From Alphaproteobacteria bacterium (lineage in GTDB: Bacteria > Pseudomonadota > Alphaproteobacteria > Rs-D84): a stretch of DNA of 55,392 nucleotides. Numbering within the stretch: the first letter of the stretch is position 1; each line of letters begins with the position of its first letter. Location of the stretch: assembly GCA_017522445.1 (NCBI GenBank), contig JAFWZK010000045.1:1-55392 (forward strand), in the 5' to 3' direction. The position numbers were made by a program, and so were the translations under genes. The notes beneath the pieces are model-generated. The model did no database searches and was not told the origin of the DNA. It saw nothing but the letters and a program-made list of their open reading frames with translations. Positions 28,408 through 36,872 of the stretch are shown here, piece after piece.

Positions 28408-29232
28408 ATGACTTGGACAATATTGGTACTGGTATTGGGTATCGCGTTGTACATGTTTGGCGGTATGCTGCTGAAACGTGGCGACAAAAAGCCAGCCATG
28501 GGCATTATCATGGTAAACAAAGCAATCAAAATTATCGCAATTATTATGGTCGCAGGCAGTGTATGTCGTCTGTTTGTGCCGTACTATTTGACCAGCGTTA
28601 ATCCTATGATTCTGCAGGATATGGCAAATGGTATGCAGGAAATGCAGAACGCAGAAAAGAACAAGGCGATTCGTCAGTACGTTCGTGAACGTGCGTTCGA
28701 AATGTCTGAACATGCACCAATCTTGGGTAACCGTGAAGCCAAAAAGACAATCTATGTTTGGACCGCTGCATCGTGTGGCTATTGCCGTCGTGTGCACGGT
28801 GAACTGGATCGCGTAATGAAATCACGTGATGACGTTCGTGTTGTTATTAAAAACTTCTCGATTCACGGTGTAATGTCTGATGGACCTGCACGTGCAATGA
28901 TTGCAGCAAATATGCAGGATAAAGATAAAGCAGCAAAATTTGTTGATATCGTTATGACAAAAGAATATCGCCCATCTGAAAATATCGAAGATCAGGAAAA
29001 ATTGGCGGCGGCTATTGAAAAGAACTTGATGAAATTCGCAAAAGAAGCCGGTCTGGATACAAAACAGCTGAAAGAAGATATGGACAGTGCAATCGTCGCA
29101 CAGGAATTGGCAAATGTTCGTGATTTGGCAAATCAATTCGAAATCACAGGTACACCATTCTTGATTATCGGCGAACAGGCATATCCAGGTGCCATCCCAG
29201 CTGATCAAATCAATGCAGCATTGGATAAATAA
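28408..29232 (+). CDS. Membrane-anchored DsbA-family thiol:disulfide oxidoreductase
   Basis: RBS aaggag precedes ATG 28408. An N-terminal TM helix is present. The thioredoxin active site is WTAASCGYCRRVH (CxxC). The C-terminus FEITGTPFLIIGEQAYPGAIPADQINAAL is typical of DsbA/Com1-like proteins. Confidence 0.85.
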   Translation: MTWTILVLVLGIALYMFGGMLLKRGDKKPAMGIIMVNKAIKIIAIIMVAGSVCRLFVPYYLTSVNPMILQDMANGMQEMQNAEKNKAIRQYVRERAFEMSEHAPILGNREAKKTIYVWTAASCGYCRRVHGELDRVMKSRDDVRVVIKNFSIHGVMSDGPARAMIAANMQDKDKAAKFVDIVMTKEYRPSENIEDQEKLAAAIEKNLMKFAKEAGLDTKQLKEDMDSAIVAQELANVRDLANQFEITGTPFLIIGEQAYPGAIPADQINAALDK

Positions 29233-29250
29233 AAATTGATTGCGATTATA

Positions 29251-29276
29251 AATCCCCCAAACGGGGGATTTTTTTA
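29251..29276 (+). terminator. Rho-independent terminator
   Basis: Hairpin atccccc-aaac-gggggat followed by T7. Confidence 0.8.
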
Positions 29277-29311
29277 ATCACTAATCCTTATGTTTCCAGC
29301 AGTGGGGTATA

Positions 29312-29428
29312 CTAGTATATCGGGTAATCGCGTGGAAATGATGAACTAGGACGGGCCAGTTCGGATTTTACACCGCAGCCAGATAAAATAATCATGCAAC
29401 CTAAAATTAAAAATATTATTTTCTTCAT
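29312..29428 (-). CDS. 38-aa lipoprotein (YifL/LptM-like small lipoprotein)
   Basis: MKKIIFLILGCMIILSGCGVKSELARPSSSFPRDYPIY has the lipobox LSGC. It is below the ORF-track length cutoff and was found by reading the minus strand. Confidence 0.5.
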   Translation of the reverse strand: MKKIIFLILGCMIILSGCGVKSELARPSSSFPRDYPIY

Positions 29429-29561
29429 GTGAATATTATAGGCATAAATAATGCAGTATGTCAATTTTTTGTATACAAATGATTTTGCACTCTTTTTCTG
29501 ATGGGGATGTGTATAAAGGGTTTTGTAATCAATAAAAATACCACCCGTTTGGGTGGTGGAT

Positions 29562-30485
29562 TTATTTGTCGGTCAGTCCCGTCATGCGTGCATATTTTCG
29601 CCAGATATCAAACGTAAAGAACGATTTTATTGAATAGTCCCATGGCTTTAATTTGCCGGCATAATGCAACATAACTGGATGCTTCAAATCGTTGTACTGT
29701 TTGATTGTCATGTTTTTCAGCATGCTATAGGCGGCAACAACAATCAGGTTGTATTTACGTGATAATGGTAATATGCGTCCATGACAAACGTGATTTATCA
29801 TGTCCTGGTCAGGATATTTGGTCAGATTATTTCGGGCCCAATCAATCATTTTTGGGTATATATTTTCTGTGCGAATCTGTTTCAGATTCATGACCATAAA
29901 GCCACTGTTGATATAGCCGGGCTTGTCAAAACAGCCGGCAATTAATTTGTCGCCAAAGTCAATTTCATTGACGGCACGCAGGTCTGATAAAAATACAGTG
30001 TCAACATCTGCATATATAATTTGGTCAATGTTGGGCAGCAGTGCCGGTAACATGCATCGCCAATAAATTGCATCAGACCATGTGCCCAGTTGTGCGTCCG
30101 CATAGTCTGAATTTGGTTTCAGAAAATGTACCTTGGATTGTGGGCTGACCTGGGCGATGGTCTGGGACAGTGTTTGCCGCTGACCAGGGGTGATGTCTGT
30201 GACGCAATAGATGTCATAGCTGCAGGTTGGAGAATTATGCAATAATGATAGAATTGTGGTTGTTGCCTGTAAAATTAAATTCTGGTTAAAACAAAATGCA
30301 ACGTTTATACGTGGGGCATACGGTTCGTGATTTATCGTTTCTGCAAAACGTGGAAATGTCGCCCACGAGCAAAATGAATTACGTTTGGTCCGATCACGTA
30401 TCAGGATGTCGGTCAAGTGCAAGAACATGCGTTTTGTGCGAAAGTATGGTTTGGCCAATACCTCGGTAAATGTGTTAGATTTCAT
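29562..30485 (-). CDS. Glycosyltransferase family 8 (LPS/glycogenin-type)
   Basis: NVAFCFNQN.., DxD motif IIYADVDTVF, INSGFMVMNL, PDQDMINHV and MLHYAGKLKPW. The exact start is uncertain. Confidence 0.8.
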   Translation of the reverse strand: MKSNTFTEVLAKPYFRTKRMFLHLTDILIRDRTKRNSFCSWATFPRFAETINHEPYAPRINVAFCFNQNLILQATTTILSLLHNSPTCSYDIYCVTDITPGQRQTLSQTIAQVSPQSKVHFLKPNSDYADAQLGTWSDAIYWRCMLPALLPNIDQIIYADVDTVFLSDLRAVNEIDFGDKLIAGCFDKPGYINSGFMVMNLKQIRTENIYPKMIDWARNNLTKYPDQDMINHVCHGRILPLSRKYNLIVVAAYSMLKNMTIKQYNDLKHPVMLHYAGKLKPWDYSIKSFFTFDIWRKYARMTGLTDK

Positions 30486-30547
30486 AGGTTCCCCCTTTGG
30501 GTCTGTGTTGTGATTATAGTCTGTATAATTTTGTGGGTAAAGAAAAA

Positions 30548-30585
30548 ACCACCCAAAGGTGGTTTTGATTTTTGGCAGGGCCAGC
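30548..30585. repeat. Terminator hairpin plus TGGCAG motif; degenerate copy of the tRNA-Glu 3'-end/terminator unit
   Basis: aaaaaaccaccc-aaa-ggtggttttgatttttggcaggg. It has the same organisation as the region immediately 3' of tRNA-Glu. Confidence 0.6.
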
Positions 30586-30663
30586 TATGCAATTTGCGAA
30601 ATGATACTATCAGTGATTTATTGTGGTTTGGCAAAGAAGTTAAGGTGTTTTTAACGAAATACT

Positions 30664-31215
30664 TTATTTCTTGTTCTTAAATTTTGCAAAACAGTTTATG
30701 TCGCGAAAACGATTTTCGTATGCCGTCCATCTTTCCTGCTTTAGCACGCCCTCTAATTCATAGCCCAGATTTTTTGCAACATTTACAGAACCTATATTAC
30801 GTGTGTCATTATGGATTACTATCTTGTTGATTCCGGATTTAAATAATTCTTTTTCTAACAAACTAACTGCTTCCATCATATAACCTTTGCCGCGATAATC
30901 GTTTGCTAACCAATATCCTAATTCGGCTCTTTTGTGCTTTGTATCAAAAGTATGTGCGGCGCAATTGCCGATAATTTCATCATTTAATACGATAAAGTAT
31001 TCATACCCTTTGCCAGATTCCCATCTTTCGTCAGATTGAACCAAGAAATTAAGTGCGTCTTGTGGGGATTTTATGTCATTTACCCATAACAGCCACGGCA
31101 ACAGGTATTCTTTGTTCCTAATTTCTACGTCATACAGCAGTTTTGCATTCTGCATGCATGGTTCCAGATGTACCAGTTTTATTCTTTTGCCTTTTATTGT
31201 TATTCTCATATCCAT
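30664..31215 (-). CDS. GNAT N-acetyltransferase (RimJ/RimL-like)
   Basis: ELGYWLANDYRGKGYMMEAVSLLEKELF..INKIVIHNDTRNIGSVNVAKNLGYELEG. The start ATG 31215 is preceded by gggga. Confidence 0.8.
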   Translation of the reverse strand: MDMRITIKGKRIKLVHLEPCMQNAKLLYDVEIRNKEYLLPWLLWVNDIKSPQDALNFLVQSDERWESGKGYEYFIVLNDEIIGNCAAHTFDTKHKRAELGYWLANDYRGKGYMMEAVSLLEKELFKSGINKIVIHNDTRNIGSVNVAKNLGYELEGVLKQERWTAYENRFRDINCFAKFKNKK

Positions 31216-31314
31216 TTTCCCCACAACTATTATGTATAATTTTATCATATATGCACTTTATGAGCAAGTTAGAGTTCGTAAACCGGCAAAACGATGTCTA
31301 TTTTTGATGCCAGA

Positions 31315-31387
31315 TTTACGAACTGATGAAAGTATTGAAAAGCAAACAAAAAAACCGCAAAAATGCGGTTTTGATTTTTGGCAGGGG
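31315..31387. repeat. 69-bp direct repeat, copy 1 (terminator hairpin plus TGGCAG)
   Basis: tttacgaactgatgaaagtattgaaaagcaaacaaaaaaaccgcaaaaatgcggttttgatttttggcag is nearly identical to 32113-32181. Confidence 0.85.
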
Positions 31388-31469
31388 TCACTCAAGCAAT
31401 TCACGAGTTGATTTTATTCGTGAATTGTTGCAGTTTGGGAGAGATGTTAAAGAATTTTTTTGATGTCCA

Positions 31470-31994
31470 TTATAACTTCTTTGACATATAGATTGCGGCT
31501 TCATCGTCGTTTTTCAAGTCGGCATACGGGTCAAGGTTTTTTCCATTCCACCATAAACCTGTTCCGTCTGGAATAAAACCTCGCTTGATGTACAATCTTT
31601 GTGCAGAACCGTAATCTCGATTCAAACCAACGCCCAAATAAACAGTATCTGAATATCTCCGTGCTATATCTTCTGCCACTTGCATTAAAACATTGCCGAT
31701 ACCGCGCCTTCTGTATTTTGCCAACACGCCAAAATCAACCAATTCAGGCAATCCTTTGCCACCAAAAGAGCCACCCATTGAATTTGGATACACATTGAAA
31801 TACCCAGCGACATTACCCTTGTATTCCGCAACCAATGATACGCATTTTCCGTCGGCAACATCTTTTAATCGGCGTGTATATTTTTCAACTTTTTGGTCTG
31901 TCCAGCCTTGCAAATGTTCTTCATGGGTAATTATCTCCGGGTCTGTTTCGACCATATCTCTGATAACGATATCATTTACATTGTAATAAATCAT
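31470..31994 (-). CDS. GNAT N-acetyltransferase
   Basis: VDFGVLAKYRRRGIGNVLMQVAEDIARRY...AQRLYIKRGF is the acetyl-CoA binding R/Q-x-x-G-x-G/A motif. ATG 31994 has an upstream agagg. Confidence 0.8.
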   Translation of the reverse strand: MIYYNVNDIVIRDMVETDPEIITHEEHLQGWTDQKVEKYTRRLKDVADGKCVSLVAEYKGNVAGYFNVYPNSMGGSFGGKGLPELVDFGVLAKYRRRGIGNVLMQVAEDIARRYSDTVYLGVGLNRDYGSAQRLYIKRGFIPDGTGLWWNGKNLDPYADLKNDDEAAIYMSKKL

Positions 31995-32112
31995 TTTTGT
32001 GCCTCTATTATAGAATCTGTGCAAATGATATATCAATATACAAAAATTATCAATAAGAACACCTGAAAAAGTTCGTAAATATGTAAAACGGTGTATGTTT
32101 TCAATACCTAAC

Positions 32113-32188
32113 TTTCGAACCGTTGAAAGTATTGAAAAGCAAACAAAAAAACCGCAAAAATGCGGTTTTGATTATTGGCAGCCCCAAC
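32113..32188. repeat. 69-bp direct repeat, copy 2, ending in a 13-nt copy of the tRNA-Glu 3' end
   Basis: tttcgaaccgttgaaagtattgaaaagcaaacaaaaaaaccgcaaaaatgcggttttgattattggcagccccaac. Confidence 0.85.
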
Positions 32189-32384
32189 TCGCCCCCTCGA
32201 TACACAATAATAAAAATCAAAAAAATCTCATACGGTCGATTTTTTAAGATTTTTCTAATTGTGTATTCTCGTATTCGCCATGCGTGCCTGTGGGCGATGC
32301 CCACGAAAACTGCGTTTTCATATGGTGCATGCGCACCAATAACGGCACTCTGGCGCATCCGGTTGGGTCCGCTTTAACAAAAAT

Positions 32385-32432
32385 AAAAACCACCCAAAGG
32401 TGGTTTTGATTTTTGGCAGCCCCAACCGGATT
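32385..32432. repeat. Terminator hairpin plus a 19-nt exact copy of the tRNA-Glu 3' end (att-like remnant)
   Basis: aaaaccaccc-aaa-ggtggttttgattt followed by tggcagccccaaccggatt, identical to 32595-32613 of the intact tRNA. Confidence 0.8.
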
Positions 32433-32594
32433 GTCTGATTCCCATGTTCGTTTTCACTCCATGGGCCCCTTTCGCTACGTATGGTTCAAACTTCGTTTGC
32501 ACTTGTTTTCACCAACTGACGCCCCGAACCTGCGGTTCTCATCTCGGTGGGAACAGGCAAAATTAAAACCGACCACAAAGGTCGGTTGTAATTT

Positions 32595-32670
32595 TGGCAG
32601 CCCCAACCGGATTCGAACCGGTGTTCTCGCCTTGAAAGGGCGGTGTCCTGGGCCTCTAGACGATGGGGCC
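32595..32670 (-). tRNA. tRNA-Glu (anticodon UUC), CCA encoded
   Basis: The minus strand reads GGCCCCATCGTCTAGAGGCCCAGGACACCGCCCTTTCAAGGCGAGAACACCGGTTCGAATCCGGTTGGGGCTGCCA. The cloverleaf folds (acceptor GGCCCCA/TGGGGCT, T arm ACCGG-TTCGAAT-CCGGT, anticodon loop CTTTCAA). It is close to E. coli tRNA-Glu. A terminator hairpin lies at 32563-32590. Confidence 0.93.
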
Positions 32671-32748
32671 AAAACTGCCAGGTTCATAACTGAACGCCGG
32701 CAAATTATACATGGTGTTTGCCGGCTTGTCAAGTGTTTATAAATGATT

Positions 32749-33201
32749 TTATTCCGATACCGTTTCTGGCGCAGGTGCATCTGATGGGGCAGGTGCCGTA
32801 TCTTCGCCCGGCAGAGTTTCAACCTGGGTAAAGATGATTTCTTTGCCGTCTGTGCCAATCAATGTTAATTTGCCATCCGATAATTCATAGGTTTCAACAG
32901 TTGGCATAAACTGAAAGTATTCTTGTTCAATTTCCATTGTTTCTGGTTCGCCCATCATCATCGTGCTGGCAAAGCCGTCAAAGTGAATCTGGTCGCCGTC
33001 AACCGTATAGCCACCATTGTACAGGTTTACAACACGTCCGTATACACGCATCTCGGTCGGGTCAAATGATAATGTAATGTCAACCCCAGGTTGGGCAGAT
33101 ACAAAGTTTGCACCCTTTAACAGTTCTGGGTTCGGGGTGTCGTTGCCACAGGCCCCCAACGCCAATGCACATGCCGCAGCAGTCAATAATCTGAATTTCA
33201 T
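32749..33201 (-). CDS. META-domain (HslJ-like) lipoprotein
   Basis: Lipobox LALGAC. It contains MRVYGRVVNLYNGGYTVDGDQIHFDGFASTMMMG and a second half YELSDGKLTLIGTDGKEIIF, the META domain pattern. Confidence 0.65.
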   Translation of the reverse strand: MKFRLLTAAACALALGACGNDTPNPELLKGANFVSAQPGVDITLSFDPTEMRVYGRVVNLYNGGYTVDGDQIHFDGFASTMMMGEPETMEIEQEYFQFMPTVETYELSDGKLTLIGTDGKEIIFTQVETLPGEDTAPAPSDAPAPETVSE

Positions 33202-33294
33202 GTTAGTTCTCCTTTTTTTGTTCTGCGCATATTATAAAGCATATTTCCAGATAATAAACAAGAAAAAACACCGTCATGATGACGGTGTAAATAC

Positions 33295-33371
33295 TGGCGG
33301 GATTGACGGGGCTCGAACCCGCGACCTTCTGCGTGACAGGCAGACGCTCTAACCAGCTGAGCTACAACCCC
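33295..33371 (-). tRNA. tRNA-Asp (anticodon GUC), CCA encoded
   Basis: The minus strand reads GGGGTTGTAGCTCAGCTGGTTAGAGCGTCTGCCTGTCACGCAGAAGGTCGCGGGTTCGAGCCCCGTCAATCCCGCCA. The cloverleaf is complete, with anticodon loop CTGTCAC. Confidence 0.95.
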
Positions 33372-33520
33372 TAAAGCGTTATGCATCTTATACCTTTGCA
33401 TGAATAAATGCAAGTGTTTTTTTCACGTTTTTGAAAATTTTTTTCTGTTTTGTCGTTTTTATCAGATTGCCTTTTGTGGTGACTGCGATATAATTCGCAG
33501 GCGAAATAAAAGGAGTCGTT

Positions 33521-34759
33521 ATGAAAATTAAACCATTTGCAGGTGTCAGACCACCAAAAGAACTGGCCGCACAGGTCGCGTCCAGACCGTATGATGTGCT
33601 GAACTCGGTCGAGGCAAAGCAAGAAGCAGGTGAAAAATCACTGCTGCATATTATTAAGCCAGAAATTGACTTTGACCCAATCGCAGATGAACACAGTCAG
33701 CCAGTGTACGATAAAGCCGTAGAAAATTTTAAGCTGTGGCAGGAACGTGGATGGCTGGTCCAGGATGATGCGGAAATGTACTATGTCTATGCTCAGACAA
33801 TGGATGGACGTACGCAATATGGATTGGTCGCAGCGGCAAATGTTGATGACTATATGACCGGCAAAATTAAAAAGCACGAATTAACACGCAAAGATAAAGA
33901 AGAAGATCGCATGATTCATGTGCGTATCCAAAATGCAAATATTGAACCGGTGTTCTTTGCGTACCCTGATGTAGACGAAATGAACAAAATCGTTGAAAAT
34001 ATTGTAAAAAATCAAGAACCAGAATATGACTTTGTTGCAGAAGATGGGTTCGGACATACGTTCTGGGCGATTCGTGATGCGGCGGTAAATGCACGTATTA
34101 CTGAAATATTCGAACAGATTCCTGCACTGTATGTCGCAGATGGGCATCATCGTACGGCGGCGGCGGCACTGGTCGGGGCAGAAAAGCGGGCGGCAAATCC
34201 AAATCATACGGGAAATGAAGAGTATAACTTTTTCTTGGCTGTTATCTTCCCGGAAAGTCAGCTGAAAATTATCGACTATAACCGTGTGGTCAAAGATTTG
34301 AACGGACTGACACCAGATGAATTCTTGGGTAAATTAAGCGAATCGTTTGATGTGGTGGAAATGGGAACAGAAATCTATAAGCCAAATGCACTGCATAATT
34401 TTGGTATGTACCTGGATGGACGGTGGTATTCGCTGACCGCCAAGCAGGGCACATATGATGATAACGACCCAATTGGTGTGCTGGATGTGACGGTGTTGTC
34501 CAACCTGGTGTTCGATAAGATTCTGAACCTGGGGGATTTGCGTACGTCAAAACGTATCGACTTTGTTGGCGGTATTCGTGGACTGGGCGAGCTGCAAAAG
34601 CGGGTCGACAGTGGTGAAATGGTTGCGGCATTTGCGTTGTATCCTGTTACCATGCGGCAGATTATCGATATTGCAGATACCGGTAATATAATGCCACCCA
34701 AGACAACATGGTTCGAACCAAAACTGCGCAGCGGGTTGGTTATCCATAAACTGTCATAA
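33521..34759 (+). CDS. DUF1015 family protein
   Basis: MKIKPFAGVRPPKELAAQVASRPYDVLNS..., ADGHHRTAAA and IMPPKTTWFEPKLRSGL are characteristic of DUF1015. Confidence 0.8.
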   Translation: MKIKPFAGVRPPKELAAQVASRPYDVLNSVEAKQEAGEKSLLHIIKPEIDFDPIADEHSQPVYDKAVENFKLWQERGWLVQDDAEMYYVYAQTMDGRTQYGLVAAANVDDYMTGKIKKHELTRKDKEEDRMIHVRIQNANIEPVFFAYPDVDEMNKIVENIVKNQEPEYDFVAEDGFGHTFWAIRDAAVNARITEIFEQIPALYVADGHHRTAAAALVGAEKRAANPNHTGNEEYNFFLAVIFPESQLKIIDYNRVVKDLNGLTPDEFLGKLSESFDVVEMGTEIYKPNALHNFGMYLDGRWYSLTAKQGTYDDNDPIGVLDVTVLSNLVFDKILNLGDLRTSKRIDFVGGIRGLGELQKRVDSGEMVAAFALYPVTMRQIIDIADTGNIMPPKTTWFEPKLRSGLVIHKLS

Positions 34760-34788
34760 AACATGGGGCAATCGCCCCATGTTTTAAT
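34758..34788. terminator. Bidirectional terminator
   Basis: Hairpin aacatggggc-aatc-gccccatgtt between convergent genes. Confidence 0.8.
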
Positions 34789-35866
34789 CTATATTCACAG
34801 GAATAATTGTTTGTCGCTTGGTCGTGTCCAGGGCATGATACTGGAAAGGAACCGTGGCAAAGTCTATATCTGCCATGTTTAATTCTCGAATTGTGCGATT
34901 GTACATGGTGTGATAATAAATCTTTTTGTTTTGCAGGTCGGTTGCAATCGTCCACTGGGTTGCCGCAGGCATGTCGTTGGGGGCCGTGCCAACCGCAAAT
35001 TGGACACCCAATGGAACGTTGACGTTGTCCAATATCTGAAATGACTGTTGTACGCCATCGTATGCGTTGTCTGGCTGAAGCGAAAAGGTTTGCAAAAATG
35101 CCGCACGTACAAATCGTGATGGTGGGGTAAAATCGCCCGGTAATCCACGAAAGCCCGAACCTGCACCAAACGCACGCAGTGTTATTGGACCAAATTGGGT
35201 CGGGCCAGCACCGCCAGGATGCAAATTCACATAGTTGTTCAAATTTGTCAGATGCCATGGAAAACCAGGTGAATTGGTTAATACGCCAATTTCATTTTCA
35301 TAAAAGTTTGGAATGCCATTTACAATTTCCAATACAACCTGACGGCCTGATGGTTCTGTTATTCGCCAGTGCACGGTCGATGCAGATGGGTCTACGTTGA
35401 TGATGCGTACGTTGTTGATGGATTCTTTGACCTGGTCAATGGTGGAAAAGTTAGACAGTATCCATGATACAACCTGGAAATCGGCCAATGATATGTCTTT
35501 GTCTGCTTCGTTGTATGGCTCGTATTTGCCATAGTTCGGGAAATAAAACAGGGCTGCAGATAAACCCACTTCGTTCGTGCCATCAATTACAAACTCGGGT
35601 TGCTGGACCGCCAAACCTGCATACCCGTACAAGGCCGAGAATGTGACACCGCCCATTGTCCCATCGGGCAGTAATGATTGCATCGTGTGACCGCGTGGCA
35701 CGATTGTATATAAATTATTGTTTTCAGAACCAGACCAATCCATTGTGCGGGCGACAATTGTTGCGTTGTCTTTGGTTTTGATTGTTATTCCTGTGCAGGC
35801 AATTGCAGCAGGTGACAGTAAAAACATGGCTGCGGCGGTGGCTAGTATTGTTTTGCGTGTGTTCAT
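34784..35866 (-). CDS. Secreted Ntn hydrolase, choloylglycine hydrolase / linear amide C-N hydrolase family
   Basis: The signal peptide ends ...SPAAIA, followed by the nucleophile Cys (CTGITIKTKDNATIVARTMDW). Length is 360 aa. Confidence 0.8.
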   Translation of the reverse strand: MNTRKTILATAAAMFLLSPAAIACTGITIKTKDNATIVARTMDWSGSENNNLYTIVPRGHTMQSLLPDGTMGGVTFSALYGYAGLAVQQPEFVIDGTNEVGLSAALFYFPNYGKYEPYNEADKDISLADFQVVSWILSNFSTIDQVKESINNVRIINVDPSASTVHWRITEPSGRQVVLEIVNGIPNFYENEIGVLTNSPGFPWHLTNLNNYVNLHPGGAGPTQFGPITLRAFGAGSGFRGLPGDFTPPSRFVRAAFLQTFSLQPDNAYDGVQQSFQILDNVNVPLGVQFAVGTAPNDMPAATQWTIATDLQNKKIYYHTMYNRTIRELNMADIDFATVPFQYHALDTTKRQTIIPVNID

Positions 35867-35962
35867 GTAATTGTACCTCCTGATATGAACAAATTATTTA
35901 TCTCCTGTAGTGGTTGGGCAATAGGAACCATTGCCATACAGAATCATTGACAGGGGGAAAGA

Positions 35963-36565
35963 TTAATATAACCGGTCGTTTAACACAGGATGCCATATGG
36001 ACATTATTGCGGTGTGGTCGGCGTAAATGTTCAGAAAGTCAATCAATTCGTATACCAAATTGACCTGAGACGGCAACCATTTGTATCGTGGATTGTGTAA
36101 AATATGTTTTTCAAAAAAGTCAGATACAGTGCAGTCGAGTGGATCTTCGTGGGTGATAAAGCGCTGTTCGAAATTGGCACTGTGCCAGTCACAGACCATT
36201 TCAATCAGGATAACATCAGGGATGGTCGTTGTGTCGGAATAGTATTCCAGATGATGGGGCTGGGTGTGGTGGTGCTCGGCATGTTTGTCATGATACAGTT
36301 CCAGTTGGGGCGGGGTTAATTTACAATCTGGGTGGTATTTCGCATAGTTGATATATGCATAGCCCATGCAGATTGGACCGGACATCTTGTCATTGTCATG
36401 TTCGGGAAAATGATAGCCCAACAATCCTGCAAAATAATTCAGGCACTGGATATGTGCGCTGGTACGCAGGTGATGAAAATTCAGGATGGTATCTGCAGAA
36501 ATCGCCATGGCGGGTATTATATCATAAATGTCAAAAGTTTTTAATTGATTTTTGAAAAATGCCAT
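35963..36565 (-). CDS. HD-superfamily-like hypothetical protein (His-rich)
   Basis: HHLRTSAHIQ...FPEHDNDKMS...HDKHAEHHHTQPHH has an H..HD..D arrangement. The start is uncertain (36565 or 36508). The longer track ORF would overlap the tRNA-Gln fragment. Confidence 0.5.
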   Translation of the reverse strand: MAFFKNQLKTFDIYDIIPAMAISADTILNFHHLRTSAHIQCLNYFAGLLGYHFPEHDNDKMSGPICMGYAYINYAKYHPDCKLTPPQLELYHDKHAEHHHTQPHHLEYYSDTTTIPDVILIEMVCDWHSANFEQRFITHEDPLDCTVSDFFEKHILHNPRYKWLPSQVNLVYELIDFLNIYADHTAIMSIWHPVLNDRLY

Positions 36566-36573
36566 TATATAAT
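36545..36573 (+). promoter_or_regulatory. Sigma70-type promoter of the truncated tRNA-Gln
   Basis: TTGATT (36545-50), 17-nt spacer, TATAAT (36568-73), 11 nt before the tRNA 5' end. Confidence 0.6.
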
Positions 36574-36584
36574 GCGTGTCGCAT

Positions 36585-36624
36585 TGGGGCATAGTTTAAT
36601 GGTAGAACTCCGGACTCTGACTCC
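36585..36624 (+). pseudogene. 5' portion (positions 1-41) of tRNA-Gln(CUG); the 3' part is missing
   Basis: TGGGGCATAGTTTAATGGTAGAACTCCGGACTCTGACTCC gives the acceptor 5' strand, a complete D arm, anticodon stem CCGGA, loop CTCTGAC, then TCC. After 36624 the sequence (acatatgc...) no longer matches any tRNA. Confidence 0.75.
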
Positions 36625-36872
36625 ACATATGCTACACAACAAAAAATCCCAGATTTCCGCATAATACAGCCTGAATTTCGGGCAAAAATGGCCGTTTAAC
36701 ATTTGTGCATATCACTGCATACAGGCTGGTTTAAGCTGGTCCGTATATAGTTTCAGTTTTACATATTTTTTACACAGGAATTTTGGGGTATCTTTTCAGA
36801 AAAATCTGTAGGGATTCGATATTTGCTTTTCGCATACATTTTACACATTTTTTACATACTGTGCAATGGAAA

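Noticed and set aside
30486-32594. Chromosomal integron cassette array (co-oriented single-gene GNAT cassettes separated by imperfect palindromes)
   Set aside because: It is kept only as an alternative hypothesis within the tRNA-Glu finding. I could not identify attC core/inverse-core sites (GTTRRRY/RYYYAAC) bounding the hairpins, and no intI gene is in the window. The repeats clearly derive from the tRNA 3' end and its terminator.
32101-32858. ORFs 32101..32358, 32123..32377, 32413..32742 and 32475..32858
   Set aside because: They overlap the tRNA-Glu gene, its remnants and terminator hairpins. They have no RBS and no family similarity.
36585-36872. Group I intron interrupting tRNA-Gln
   Set aside because: The break lies in the 3' strand of the anticodon stem (after position 41), not in the anticodon loop where tRNA group I introns sit. 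No downstream 3' exon (T arm/acceptor) and no recognisable P-element structure was seen in the following sequence.
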